From positions 13,280-77,279 of the forward strand of contig JAZNXI010000177.1 of the NCBI GenBank assembly GCA_045593825.1: 64,000 nt of DNA, written 5' to 3'. A program made the position numbers and the translations under genes. Below the pieces are notes generated by a model, which saw only the letters and a program-made list of their open reading frames with translations, did no database searches and was not told the origin of the DNA. Shown in pieces: positions 17,016 to 26,864 of the stretch (the stretch's first letter is position 1; each line of letters opens with the position of its first letter). The stretch comes from Lachnospiraceae bacterium (GTDB lineage Bacteria; Bacillota; Clostridia; Lachnospirales; Lachnospiraceae).

Positions 17016-17528
17016 CTATTCCTCTCCAAACATCTCTCTCACAATAAACTTTGCCGGAAAGAACTCACCCAGCTCAATACCGACAACCTCTGCGGTCTTA
17101 ACGGATTCTATCTTCGCCTGCAGTTCCTCCGATACCTCAATCTCTCTCGGTTCCTCATGAATATACACCGTAGCATGAGGCATCCAGCCTGGGAACCCGT
17201 TGGCGTAGTCTGAGTCAAAATGCATGTGCAAGTTCATCAGCTCCTCAGACAACTCCGGTTCCAGAAACCGTACCTTGTTTCCAAAATGATTCATACCTAG
17301 AATCTTAATTTCAAAAGGCTTTGTTTCCTTTGCCACCTGCTTAATTCTCTCCACAATCATCTCGGTATCTTCCGGTGCGTAGCTTCCCAGGCTGATATGG
17401 TACGGAATACCCTTCGTCTTTAAATCCGGACCATACTTCGTCAACATGTCCCTTGCTATGCTCTCCATGATTTCCTGTGTTTGGTCATCTAAAACTGCCA
17501 TGACCGTAATAAACTTATCTTTCTTCAT
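17016..17528 (-). CDS. 2H phosphoesterase superfamily protein (LigT / 2'-5' RNA ligase-like)
   Basis: Two H-x-S/T motifs are present: YHISLGS and PHATVYI. It is 170 aa, with AAAGGAGA before the ATG. Confidence 0.7.
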   Translation of the reverse strand: MKKDKFITVMAVLDDQTQEIMESIARDMLTKYGPDLKTKGIPYHISLGSYAPEDTEMIVERIKQVAKETKPFEIKILGMNHFGNKVRFLEPELSEELMNLHMHFDSDYANGFPGWMPHATVYIHEEPREIEVSEELQAKIESVKTAEVVGIELGEFFPAKFIVREMFGEE

Positions 17529-17546
17529 GTGAAATCTCCTTTCACC

Positions 17547-19304
17547 TTATCTTCTCACCAGCTCCACCAACTGCTCCAAACTCATCTCTCCAAGCTCCTG
17601 CTTATCAAGCTCACCATCTCTCTGCCGTACGGAAACAGAACCGTTCTTCTGCTCATTCTCGCCCACGATTACCATAAACGGCACCTTATCCATACGTGCT
17701 TCGCGGATTTTGTAGCCAAGCTTTTCATTGCGCAAATCTAATTCTGCCCGAACATCTGCATCTTCCAATTTTTCAGCCACTTCTTTTGCGTAGTCCATGT
17801 ACTTATCCGAAACCGGAAGAATTTTTACCTGCACCGGAGCCAGCCAAGACGGGAACTTTCCAGCGTAATGCTCAATTAAAATGCCGATAAAGCGCTCAAT
17901 GGAACCGAATACCACACGGTGCAGCATAATCGGGCGGTGCTTTTCGCCGTCGGCACCGATGTACTCAATACCAAAGCGCTGCGGCAGCTGGAAGTCTAAC
18001 TGAATCGTGCCGCACTGCCACGTTCTGCCAAGGGAATCCTTTAAATGGAAGTCAAGCTTCGGTCCGTAGAAGGCACCGTCCCCTTCGTTTACCACATAGG
18101 ACTTGCCAAGGCCAATAACCGCCTGCTCCAGAGCCTTCGTTGCCAACTCCCATTCTTCATCACTGCCGATGGAATTTTCCGGTCTCGTGGATAATTCGAT
18201 TTGATAGGAAAAACCAAACTTTGCATACACCTTATCAATCAGTCTCATCACGCCCTGAATCTCGTCCATCACCTGGTCTTCACGCATGAAAATGTGGGCA
18301 TCATCCTGCGTAAAGGAACGGACTCTCATAAGACCGTGCAGCGTGCCGGACTTTTCATTGCGGTGCACCAGACCAAGTTCTGCCATGCGGATTGGCAGCT
18401 CCTTGTAGGACCTTGGCTGCAGCTTATACACCAGCATGCCGCCCGGACAGCTCATCGGCTTGATGGCGTAATCCTCATCCTCCACCTGCAGGGAATACAT
18501 CGTTTCTCTGTAGTGGTCCCAGTGACCGGACGTCTCCCAAAGGCTTCTCTCCAACATAATCGGCGTAGACACCTCCACGTAAGCCTCTTTGCGGTGAATT
18601 TTTCTCCAGTAATCAATGAGGAGATTCTTTAACACCATGCCCTTTGGCAGAAACACCGGAAGACCCGGACCTTCGTCAAAAATTGTAAAGATACCCAGCT
18701 CCTTGCCAAGCTTTCGGTGGTCTCTTGCCTTTGCTTCCCCCAGTAGGCGAAGATATTCCTCCAACTGGGATGCCTTTGGGAAAGAGATACCGTAAATTCT
18801 CGTTAACATCGGATTCTTTTCATCGCCCCGCCAATAAGCACCGGCCACAGATAACAGCTTGATTGCCTTAATCTGGCACACATTGGAAATGTGCGGACCT
18901 GCACAGAACTCCTCGTACTCGCCCTGCTTATAAAAGCTGATACGCACGTCATCAGCCAGTTCTCTGATAAGTTCCAGCTTGTACTGCTCCCCTGCCGCTT
19001 CCATGTAGGCAATGGCTTCTTCCTTCGACTTTTCACTTACCTGCAAAGAAAGGGATTCCTTCACAATCTTTTTCATCTCCTCTTCGATTGCGCTTAAATG
19101 CTCGTCAGAAAACGGGAAATCAAATTCAAAATCATAGTAAAAACCGTTTTCAATTGCCGGACCGATGGCACATTTCGTTTCCGGATACAACCGCTTTACC
19201 GCCTGGGCAAGCACATGGGCACTCGTATGCCAAAATGCCTTTTTCCCTTCCAATTCCTCAAATTTCACTTCCATTACTTCGTTGTTGTTTTGTAGAACCT
19301 TCAT
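17547..19304 (-). CDS. thrS: Threonine--tRNA ligase lacking the N-terminal TGS domain
   Basis: Contains the editing-domain motif WHTSAHVLAQAVKRLYP, the class II core (FTQDDAHIF, GAFYGPKLDF) and an anticodon-binding C-terminus. ATG 19304 follows AAGGAGGAAATG. Only about 20 aa precede the editing domain. Confidence 0.92.
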   Translation of the reverse strand: MKVLQNNNEVMEVKFEELEGKKAFWHTSAHVLAQAVKRLYPETKCAIGPAIENGFYYDFEFDFPFSDEHLSAIEEEMKKIVKESLSLQVSEKSKEEAIAYMEAAGEQYKLELIRELADDVRISFYKQGEYEEFCAGPHISNVCQIKAIKLLSVAGAYWRGDEKNPMLTRIYGISFPKASQLEEYLRLLGEAKARDHRKLGKELGIFTIFDEGPGLPVFLPKGMVLKNLLIDYWRKIHRKEAYVEVSTPIMLERSLWETSGHWDHYRETMYSLQVEDEDYAIKPMSCPGGMLVYKLQPRSYKELPIRMAELGLVHRNEKSGTLHGLMRVRSFTQDDAHIFMREDQVMDEIQGVMRLIDKVYAKFGFSYQIELSTRPENSIGSDEEWELATKALEQAVIGLGKSYVVNEGDGAFYGPKLDFHLKDSLGRTWQCGTIQLDFQLPQRFGIEYIGADGEKHRPIMLHRVVFGSIERFIGILIEHYAGKFPSWLAPVQVKILPVSDKYMDYAKEVAEKLEDADVRAELDLRNEKLGYKIREARMDKVPFMVIVGENEQKNGSVSVRQRDGELDKQELGEMSLEQLVELVRR

Positions 19305-19602
19305 GCTACATTTCCTCCTTGTTTTTGAAATATTTTCAATAACACAAGAAAAGCACCCATAAGACCATATCACTACAGTCTTAAGGGTGCATTTAGCACG
19401 GTTCCACCTTAACTTTTCACTTCAGATTCCAACAAATCCTATCCTTTAACGCAGGCATACGGTAACACTTACTGACATTGGGCGTTACAGCTCTGGAATG
19501 GTTTTCGTCTACGTTCCGCATAAGCAACTTCCACCAAATGCTGCTCTCTCTGGATGCTTTCCGGTAAACTACTTGTTTCCGTCAACGCTTTTCTTATGTT
19601 AT
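19305..19602 (-). promoter_or_regulatory. T-box riboswitch leader, Thr (ACC) specifier
   Basis: On the minus strand the stem I AGAGA region is followed by a specifier loop GAAAACCA, with ACC at 19500-19502. The T-box core is GTTAAGGTGGAACCGTG (about 19398-19414). The terminator GCACCCTTAAGAC / GTCTTATGGGTGC plus UUUUCUU lies at 19345-19390. Confidence 0.85.
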
Positions 19603-19609
19603 TGTGGTG

Positions 19610-19638
19610 ATAATACCACCGTTTGATGAAGTTGTCAA
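19610..19638 (-). promoter_or_regulatory. Sigma-A promoter of the thrS T-box leader
   Basis: The minus strand reads TTGACA, a 17-nt spacer, then TATTAT. Confidence 0.65.
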
Positions 19639-19651
19639 TACAATTTTGAAT

Positions 19652-20161
19652 TTACCGCACATAGTGTACGCATTTCTCCTCGTACTGGTCCCTGGCTTCC
19701 GGTTCTTCCGCCGGGTGTCCGACGAAGATGATATTTAACGGAATCTGGGTTGCCTTCAGTTCTAATAATTCTGCCACCTTTTTCTCTGCCCGCTTTTGCG
19801 GATGAATACCACACCACACGGCACCCAGACCTAAATCGGTAACACGAAGCAAAATGTTTTCTGTTGCCGCACTACAGTCCTGAATCCAGTAAGGCGCCAG
19901 CTGAACCGGCAGGGCTCTGCCCAAATTGCCGCATACAACAATCGCCAACTTGGAATTAAATTTTGTAAATCGGGATGCACCTTTTAACTTCTCTAATATT
20001 TCTTCATTTGTGATAACATAAAAATCCCATGGTCTCCGATTGCATGCACTTGGACCGCTCATGGCCGCATGAAGAAGCTCTTCTACCATCTCCTCCGAAA
20101 CCGGCTCGTCGGTAAATTTTCTTACACTTCTACGCTTTAATAACACTTCTTTTAATTCCAT
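19652..20161 (-). CDS. Nitroreductase family protein
   Basis: Contains LKRRSVRKFTDEPVSEEMVEELLHAAMSGPSACNRRPWDFYVI. ATG 20161 (MELKE) is preferred over the ORF-track start at 20257. Confidence 0.85.
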   Translation of the reverse strand: MELKEVLLKRRSVRKFTDEPVSEEMVEELLHAAMSGPSACNRRPWDFYVITNEEILEKLKGASRFTKFNSKLAIVVCGNLGRALPVQLAPYWIQDCSAATENILLRVTDLGLGAVWCGIHPQKRAEKKVAELLELKATQIPLNIIFVGHPAEEPEARDQYEEKCVHYVR

Positions 20162-20323
20162 AAAGCTATTCCTCTCCTTCCGAATCTCATCTTTGTCATG
20201 GAGTAAATTATACACTATATATGGCAAAAAAACAAAAAATATTTCTTGATTCATCAAAACTTTATGGTATAATGAACAGACGAAATATAATACAAAAGCT
20301 TAACACAGGAGGATATAAATTTT

Positions 20324-21235
20324 ATGTGGCTTGTTTTTACACTTGTAACAACATTGTTATGGGGTGCGGCCGAATTATTCTACAAAAAAGGCTCCCACGA
20401 AGAAAGAAAGTATGATCATTTAAGAGTATGCGTATTGGTTGGTGCAGTAATGGGAATTCACGCACTACTTACATTGCTGACCTCTGATATCAACTATAAC
20501 CCAATGAACCTCATTGCTTACCTGCCGGTTTCTTTGTGCTATATCTTATCCATGGCCTGCTCCTTCTTTGGAATCCGCTTTATTGAGGAATCCTTAGCAG
20601 ACCCGATTGAAAACACCGCCGGAGCCATGTGTTCCCTTTTGTGTGTTATTTTCCTCGGCGAAACTATTGCACCTTTGGTTTGGGTTGCCATCGGAATCAT
20701 GTTAGTGGGTATTATCGGCGTCAGCTACACCGAAGGCAGTGCCGATGTAGACAGAAAGAAAAGACTTGGCAAGCGGCTAGCAATTGTTGCATTTTTAATG
20801 CCGTTCTGCTATGCATTCATTGATGCTTTGGGAAGCTTCCTTGATATCTTCTTCCTTGAGATGGAAACAAGTCCACTGATTGGTATCACAGAAGAAAATA
20901 TCGAACTTGTGGCAAATATTTCCTATGAATTAACCTTTGCCATTGTTGGTTTAATTTTATTTATTTTCATGAAGCTGAAACGCGTTCCGTTTGAACTTCC
21001 AAAGCAGAAGGACAAAGCCATTGCCGCTGTTTGCGAAACGGCAGGTCAGCTCACTTATGTATACGCCATGAGCGGAAACGGCGCCATTGCCGCACCAATC
21101 CTCTCCTGTGTATGTGTTGTCTCTTTACTTCTTTCCAGAATTTTCTTAAAAGAAAAGCTGACAAAGAAACAGTACCTGTTTATCGGCATCATTATCGTTG
21201 GTATTTTAATGCTTGCCGTATTGGAGGGCGAATAA
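20324..21235 (+). CDS. EamA/DMT superfamily transporter
   Basis: Ten TM helices in two EamA-like halves. AGGAGGATATAAATTTT precedes the ATG. A TTGATT-17-TATAAT promoter lies at about 20248-20276. Confidence 0.8.
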   Translation: MWLVFTLVTTLLWGAAELFYKKGSHEERKYDHLRVCVLVGAVMGIHALLTLLTSDINYNPMNLIAYLPVSLCYILSMACSFFGIRFIEESLADPIENTAGAMCSLLCVIFLGETIAPLVWVAIGIMLVGIIGVSYTEGSADVDRKKRLGKRLAIVAFLMPFCYAFIDALGSFLDIFFLEMETSPLIGITEENIELVANISYELTFAIVGLILFIFMKLKRVPFELPKQKDKAIAAVCETAGQLTYVYAMSGNGAIAAPILSCVCVVSLLLSRIFLKEKLTKKQYLFIGIIIVGILMLAVLEGE

Positions 21236-21251
21236 AACTGATTGTATTACA

Positions 21252-21297
21252 TAAAAACCAGCTATGTACCCCACAAGTACATAGCTGGTTTCTTTTT
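21252..21297. terminator. Bidirectional rho-independent terminator between convergent genes
   Basis: The stem is aaaccagctatgtac / gtacatagctggttt, flanked by an A-run and a T-run. Confidence 0.8.
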
Positions 21298-21319
21298 GGA
21301 AAGCTGCTTCCTGCTACGC

Positions 21320-24300
21320 TTATTTAAATTGCTTGTATAATTTCAGATTCTTTTCATTGTTCCCGGCAAATAATATAAAGTAGTCTATCTGCGTTTCTTT
21401 TTCCGTGCAAATGTACTGTCCATACACTCCCACACCGCAAAAGTAGGCGGTATCCTCCGCAGAAACCGAAATACCGTATCCCTTTCCGGAAAGCAGCAGC
21501 GGCATTCTCTTTTTCTTTCCGCCGATGGAAATATAGCGGGCTTTTCCGTTTACCTCTTCCAAATCCTCGTCGAGGATTCCCTTTGCAGATATTTTTTCAC
21601 TCTTTGGCCATTCAAAATAATTCCAGGTCTTTGAAACCTCCGGCTCTATCTGATGGGGTTCCTTGACCGATTCCTTGAACAAAAGTGCTCCCTTCGTATC
21701 CAGGAAACTGAGTGCTCCGCTCTTTTTCTCCATGCGGATGATGAGCTTTTTCGTGATAATTTCAAACATGCTCGGATTTTCCCTGGTAACAAACCGGGAT
21801 ATTTTCTCACCGGTATAGTTCCATTTTCCGGTCGAAAATGTATCTGCCTGCCCTCTGACAAACTGTACCCGCACAATCTCATCCGTAACCGGTGTTACCC
21901 GTAAGATTCCGTAATTGCTCACAAACTCCACAAAGTCCTTGGACTTCTTGACCCAGCGCACACTACAGTCCGCCCTGCTGTGTCCCTTTGGCGTCAGTTT
22001 TTCTGTTTCCACCACGGAAGCAAACTGATATGGGGAAGTGTTAAGTTCTGCCTCGGGTTCCGGACCCGGTGCTTTTTTAACAGGTGCCGGCGTCACTGTT
22101 GTTTTTTCCGGCGTCCTTTGTGCCGGTGTTGCAGCCACTTTCGCCTGTGCTTTCTGTACCTCCGGTTTTGGCTGGTTCAGCCCGTACCGCTTGGTGGTAC
22201 GCTCCAGGAACTTTGCCAGTTCATCCTGCTTTTCTTCTTCGGTCACCTTATAAATCACTCTTGGCGCCGCCGCACGCAGGGTATCCTTTGCACTTTCCAG
22301 CGACTGCAGTTTCTTTTCCTCCGATACCGGTGTGGCAATCAGGTCTGTTAAATCATTCAAATGCACCACTGCCAATTCGTGTAATGCTCTGGTGGCTGCC
22401 ACATACAGAAGCTTTACGTACTGGTCTTCCATCGGATAATGTTCCTTTGACGGATGATACAAAAGCACCGCATCAAATTCCAGACCCTTGGTATATTCCA
22501 CCGGAAGCACCATAACACCTTCGTCAAATACTGCAGTTTCCGGATTACTATCCGCCACCTCTATCTTTTCGCCAAGCATTTTGGTTACCTGCTCCGCTTC
22601 TTTTGCATCAGCACAAATAACCGCAATAGTTTCATGGCCTTCCTTTTTCCAGCCTTCGATTGTTTCTATCACCGCACGGTTCATGTCTTCTTCCGTATCA
22701 TAACCCTTGGTGCTTACCGGGTTTCCGTGACGAAGAATCGGTTCTGCCGGATAAATGGAGAAGTTACCGTGTCGCAGAATTTCTGTGGCAAATTCCGATA
22801 TTTCTACGGTGTTACGGTAGCTCTTTTTTAGAATACCGAAGTTGTCGTAATCGCCGGTAAGAATCAGTTTGCGCAAATCCTCCCAGTCATTTAAACCATA
22901 GCCGTAATGTATGTTCTGGGAAACGTCACCCATAATGGTGTAGGTACAACCTCTGAGGCAGTATGCCAGGGAACCGTAAACCATCATGCCGAAATCCTGA
23001 GCCTCATCAATGATGACATGGGACGCTTCCCGGATTGGATCGATTTCCTTAATCCTCTTGTAAAGATACGCCAGCGCCGCCAAATCATACACATCATATT
23101 TTCCGGGTTCCACAAATATCTGACTGTCCTTTGTCCTCTGGTCTTCTAGAAATTCTTCGTATACGTCAAACAAGGAACCCTTCCACTCATCCCTGCCGAA
23201 GTGAACCTTGCAGGTTCTGTTCAGCTCTTTTTTTTCTTCCGGTGTGTAGGATACCGACTTTCCGGTCAGTTCGTTTTCCAGCCTGCCCATCAGCCATTCG
23301 TTCAGGCCGTTGATTTTGGCCTGCACGGACATCTGTGGGTTGTTCTTTATATAATTTTCTATGGATTTCTGCTCTAAAAGAACTGCCTTGGTTTTTCCGA
23401 TTATCACAGAATTTGCCGGAATTGTCTTTTTTTCATATTCCGCACAGAAGGCTTCCAAATCGTGGAACCATGCATATTCGCCCTTCCGGTACGCTGCTTT
23501 GTTGGTTTCGTCCGTAGGAACAATGCTGTATTTTTTATCATCCCAATCCTCATAAAGCAGGCGGACAAACAACTGCTCCATGGTCATCTGGGAAACGCCG
23601 TATACATCCAACTCCGGCAATACTCCGGTAATGTAATTTAACAAGATGCGGTTACTTCCCACGATGTAAAAATCCACCGGACGGAATTGTTCATAGTTGT
23701 ACAAAATATAGGAAATACGGTGCATAGCCACGGTTGTTTTTCCGGAACCGGCCACGCCCTGTACAATCAAATTCGTTCTTGGAGACCTGCGGATAATAGC
23801 GTTCTGCTCCTTTTGGATAGTACCGATAATTTCACCCAGTACCGCCTTTTTGCTCTTTGCCAGACATTTGGTAAGAAGCTCATCGTTTGCCACCACGTCC
23901 GAGTCAAAAAAGTCTACCAGCTTGTCATTTTCAATTTCGTAGGTACGCTTCCGGAGCAAATCAATTTCATGGACTTTGGTCTCGTTTTCTACCGTATCCT
24001 TTACTTCGTATGTACAATTGCCCAAGGCGTTTTCATAATACACCGATGCCATGGGCGCCCGCCAGTCAATGACCAGCTGCTCCACCCCGTCCGGCGAAAT
24101 GCCCACACGGCCTACATAATAGGATTCCGATTCCGAAACACCTGCATCCTTAAAATCAATTCTTCCAAAGTACGGCTTTTTACGTGCCTTGATGCAGCGG
24201 AGTAAATCCCGCTTGCTTTCCTGAAACAAGGCTTCCGTATTGTGCCATAGGGCGAGCACTTCTTTGTCTTTGGTGTTGTAAGATTCCAACATATCCTGCA

Positions 24301-24457
24301 ACTGCTCCGACAATCCCTTCTGGTGCCCTTCCGCCCGATCCAGGTTGTCCTGTGCCACTGCCAGTATTTTCTTTAGCTGCTGTTCTTCCACTTCCCTGCT
24401 AGTACCGAATACCTTCATTTGGCTGTTCTCCTTCTCTTGGTTGCTTTTCGTGCTCAT
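21320..24457 (-). CDS. helD: HelD (helicase IV, UvrD-like, RNAP-recycling) fused via a Pro/Ala/Lys-rich linker to a GH31-N-terminal-like beta-sandwich domain
   Basis: Contains a HelD N-terminal coiled-coil arm, then KPYFGRIDF...YYVGRVGI, Walker A GVAGSGKTTVAMHR, DEAQD, and YRNT...KGLEFDAV. The last 214 aa resemble the N-terminal domain of GH31 enzymes: LRVTPVTDEIVRVQF, MPLLLSGKGYGISV, IDYFILFAG. An alternative start is ATG 24418, after GAAGGAG. Confidence 0.85.
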   Translation of the reverse strand: MSTKSNQEKENSQMKVFGTSREVEEQQLKKILAVAQDNLDRAEGHQKGLSEQLQDMLESYNTKDKEVLALWHNTEALFQESKRDLLRCIKARKKPYFGRIDFKDAGVSESESYYVGRVGISPDGVEQLVIDWRAPMASVYYENALGNCTYEVKDTVENETKVHEIDLLRKRTYEIENDKLVDFFDSDVVANDELLTKCLAKSKKAVLGEIIGTIQKEQNAIIRRSPRTNLIVQGVAGSGKTTVAMHRISYILYNYEQFRPVDFYIVGSNRILLNYITGVLPELDVYGVSQMTMEQLFVRLLYEDWDDKKYSIVPTDETNKAAYRKGEYAWFHDLEAFCAEYEKKTIPANSVIIGKTKAVLLEQKSIENYIKNNPQMSVQAKINGLNEWLMGRLENELTGKSVSYTPEEKKELNRTCKVHFGRDEWKGSLFDVYEEFLEDQRTKDSQIFVEPGKYDVYDLAALAYLYKRIKEIDPIREASHVIIDEAQDFGMMVYGSLAYCLRGCTYTIMGDVSQNIHYGYGLNDWEDLRKLILTGDYDNFGILKKSYRNTVEISEFATEILRHGNFSIYPAEPILRHGNPVSTKGYDTEEDMNRAVIETIEGWKKEGHETIAVICADAKEAEQVTKMLGEKIEVADSNPETAVFDEGVMVLPVEYTKGLEFDAVLLYHPSKEHYPMEDQYVKLLYVAATRALHELAVVHLNDLTDLIATPVSEEKKLQSLESAKDTLRAAAPRVIYKVTEEEKQDELAKFLERTTKRYGLNQPKPEVQKAQAKVAATPAQRTPEKTTVTPAPVKKAPGPEPEAELNTSPYQFASVVETEKLTPKGHSRADCSVRWVKKSKDFVEFVSNYGILRVTPVTDEIVRVQFVRGQADTFSTGKWNYTGEKISRFVTRENPSMFEIITKKLIIRMEKKSGALSFLDTKGALLFKESVKEPHQIEPEVSKTWNYFEWPKSEKISAKGILDEDLEEVNGKARYISIGGKKKRMPLLLSGKGYGISVSAEDTAYFCGVGVYGQYICTEKETQIDYFILFAGNNEKNLKLYKQFK

Positions 24458-24544
24458 CCCTACACTGTTTCTTTGCTACGAAAACAATTTTAACATTTTT
24501 TATAAAAAAGTATAGACTTGTTTTTCAAAATGTTGTATAATGCA

Positions 24545-24581
24545 TAATTAGGTGTGCCTATAAGATAGACACACCTAATTT
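24545..24581 (-). terminator. Hairpin directly after the rlmH stop
   Basis: The stem is aattaggtgtg / cacacctaatt. The U-tract on the minus strand is weak. Confidence 0.5.
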
Positions 24582-25061
24582 TTATTTATGATACGGTTCA
24601 CCCATCATAATCCGGTAACTTCTGTAGATTTGCTCCAGCAACACCACTCTCATGAGCTGATGCGGGAATGTCATTCTAGAAAAGCTGAGCAGGAAATCTG
24701 CCCTTTTATTTACACACTCCGCAAGTCCCAAAGACCCTCCAATGACAAATACAATATGACTGGTACCACGTACGCCGAGCTCATTGATTTTATCAGACAA
24801 TTCCTCTGAAGTAAGCTGCTTTCCTAAAATAGCCAACACGCAGACATATGCATCATCCGGGATATATTTCATCAAGCGCTCTGCTTCCTTTTGCTTTATC
24901 TGCTCTTCCAGTGCTTCAGAGGCGCCGTCCGGCGTCTTTTCGTCTGCTACTTCGATAATTTCCAGTTTACAATATCTGGATAAACGCTTGGAATATTCCT
25001 CGATGGCACCGGTGAAGTATTTTTCTTTAATTTTTCCTACACATAAAACTGTAATTTTCAT
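24582..25061 (-). CDS. rlmH: 23S rRNA (pseudouridine1915-N3)-methyltransferase RlmH
   Basis: 159 aa with MKITVLCVGKIKEKYF...IVFVIGGSLGL...SFSRMTFPHQLMRVVLLEQIYR, a SPOUT family signature. Confidence 0.92.
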   Translation of the reverse strand: MKITVLCVGKIKEKYFTGAIEEYSKRLSRYCKLEIIEVADEKTPDGASEALEEQIKQKEAERLMKYIPDDAYVCVLAILGKQLTSEELSDKINELGVRGTSHIVFVIGGSLGLAECVNKRADFLLSFSRMTFPHQLMRVVLLEQIYRSYRIMMGEPYHK

Positions 25062-25120
25062 AACTTCTCCTATAAATCAGGGCATGAATTGCTTCATGCC
25101 CCGTAATATAATCTATCTAA

Positions 25121-26470
25121 TTATTCTTCCACTTCCTCAGAAGCTTCTTCCTCCGGAAGCACGGTCACTCTTGCCAAAGTAACCATCTTATTCTTTACTT
25201 CCACGATATCAATCTGACAGCCCTGATAGGTCATAGTAAACTGCTCGCCCTCGGTTGGAATATGTCCAAGTGCGGAAACAATAAGACCGTTGAGGGTTTC
25301 AAAGTCTTCACTGGTAATCTCATGCCCCATATCTTCGGACAAATCTGCCAGTGTGGTAACACCCTTTACCAGATAAACATTTTCAGCTTCGGAAACCATA
25401 TCATCTTCTTCCTGGTCGTACTCGTCCTGAATATCACCAACAATTTCTTCCAAGATGTCCTCTAAGGTAACCAGACCTGCTGTCTGACCATATTCATCAA
25501 TGGCAAGCGCCATATGGAACTTCTTTTTCTGCATGTTTTCAAGCAGTACGTCAATGCCCTGGGTATCCGGTACAAAAAACGGTTTTCTGGTGATGCTGCG
25601 AACTTTGCGCTGCTTCATTTTTGCCGCATTGCCGGACATATATACCTTTAACGCATCCTTTAAATGCACAATACCGATGATGTTTTCCACCGACTCTTCG
25701 TAAACCGGAAATCTGGAATAAATTTCATTTAGCATGAACTTCATGGCTTCTTCCAGGTTCCAGTCGGCATCCACGGCAACCATACCGGTGCGGTGGGTCA
25801 TGATATCTTTTACTTCTTTGTCATCAAATTCGAAGATGTTTTGAATCATTTCCACTTCGTCAGTATCCAAAACGCCGCTTTCTCCGGCTTCTTCCACGGT
25901 GGAAATAATGTCTTCTTCGGTTACTACTTCTTCTAACTCGGAAGCTTTAATATGAAATAATTTTAAAATTCCTATGGTAATCGTCTCAATCAGCCATGCA
26001 ATAGGATTTAAGACAGTTATAAATAATCTAAGCAATCCGGCCAGTGCAAAGGAAAAAACCTCGGCATGCTTAAAGGCTAACTTTTTAGGAAGCTTAATAG
26101 CCAAAAGCTCAATAAGCATTACTGTCAGCAGAGTTATCAGCACAAGGGCCACCACAGTTAAAACCGCATGACCTGATTCCCCGAAAGCTTTCTGCAAAAG
26201 TTCCTTGAAATACGGCAGAAAATACACATAGTACACCACTGCCATGCCGGAAACTGTTATTAAACGCAGTAAATCCGTTACGGTTATGTAGCGGCGATGG
26301 CGTTCCAACAAAGAAATTACCCTCTTTGCTTTTGCATCGCCTTCCTCCAGCCGTTTTTCCACAGCTGCTTCACTGACATTTTCAAAGGCTGTTACCATTG
26401 CCTCTACGATTGCATTTAAAATTACTAAACTAACCAGCCATATCACTCCACATATGGGGAGACCGTCCAT
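25121..26470 (-). CDS. CNNM/TlyC-family hemolysin-like protein (DUF21-CBS pair-CorC_HlyC)
   Basis: Has a DUF21 membrane N-terminus, two CBS motifs and a CorC C-domain. ATG 26470 (MDGLPI) follows AAAGGAGGATTA. The longer ORF-track start would overlap mazF. Confidence 0.85.
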   Translation of the reverse strand: MDGLPICGVIWLVSLVILNAIVEAMVTAFENVSEAAVEKRLEEGDAKAKRVISLLERHRRYITVTDLLRLITVSGMAVVYYVYFLPYFKELLQKAFGESGHAVLTVVALVLITLLTVMLIELLAIKLPKKLAFKHAEVFSFALAGLLRLFITVLNPIAWLIETITIGILKLFHIKASELEEVVTEEDIISTVEEAGESGVLDTDEVEMIQNIFEFDDKEVKDIMTHRTGMVAVDADWNLEEAMKFMLNEIYSRFPVYEESVENIIGIVHLKDALKVYMSGNAAKMKQRKVRSITRKPFFVPDTQGIDVLLENMQKKKFHMALAIDEYGQTAGLVTLEDILEEIVGDIQDEYDQEEDDMVSEAENVYLVKGVTTLADLSEDMGHEITSEDFETLNGLIVSALGHIPTEGEQFTMTYQGCQIDIVEVKNKMVTLARVTVLPEEEASEEVEE

Positions 26471-26519
26471 AAAAATAATCCTCCTTTGTTTTTGCTCACT
26501 TTTCGTAAAATCCCCAGGA

Positions 26520-26864
26520 TTATGTATCCAGCGCAAAACTGATGAGTAACGCCTGATTCACGCTTGACAGAATCTCCTGGTCAAGATGACAAACTTTTTC
26601 CCGGAGTCTTGATTTATCAATTGTCCGGACCTGCTCTAATAATATCACAGAATCTTTTTCGATTCCATATCTTTTTGATAATTCAATATGGGTTGGCAGC
26701 TTTGCCTTATGCATTTTGCTTGTGATTGCTGCCACAATCACCGTTGGGCTGTGCCGGTTTCCTACGTCATTTTGTACAACGAGCACCGGCCGGATACCGC
26801 CCTGTTCCGACCCAATCACCGGTCTTAAATCCGCATAATAAATATCTCCTCTTCGAATAACCAC
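26520..26864 (-). CDS. mazF: Type II toxin MazF/PemK (EndoA-like mRNA interferase)
   Basis: [48 protein letters not shown] is nearly the canonical EndoA/MazF N-terminus. It has a GTG start 10 nt after GGAGCG and lies downstream of alr, as in Bacillus and Staphylococcus. Confidence 0.9.
   Translation of the reverse strand: MVIRRGDIYYADLRPVIGSEQGGIRPVLVVQNDVGNRHSPTVIVAAITSKMHKAKLPTHIELSKRYGIEKDSVILLEQVRTIDKSRLREKVCHLDQEILSSVNQALLISFALDT

Noticed and set aside
25121-26536. ORF-track N-terminal extensions of several genes. The extended starts are at 26536 (CNNM/TlyC), 30193 (acpS), 20257 (nitroreductase), 19373 (thrS), 13120 (ABC-F), 11459 (HTH-PRT), 54635 (trmO), 44272 (GNAT), 4883 (DUF2975-like), 52142 (pectate lyase), 5599 (RACo-like), 9585 (ECF sigma), 30720 (rex), 32618 (Cof hydrolase) and 40997 (metH).
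   Set aside because: In each case an internal ATG is preceded by a GGAGG-like RBS and matches the conserved family N-terminus. The extension has no RBS, overlaps the neighbouring gene, or starts at TTG or GTG.
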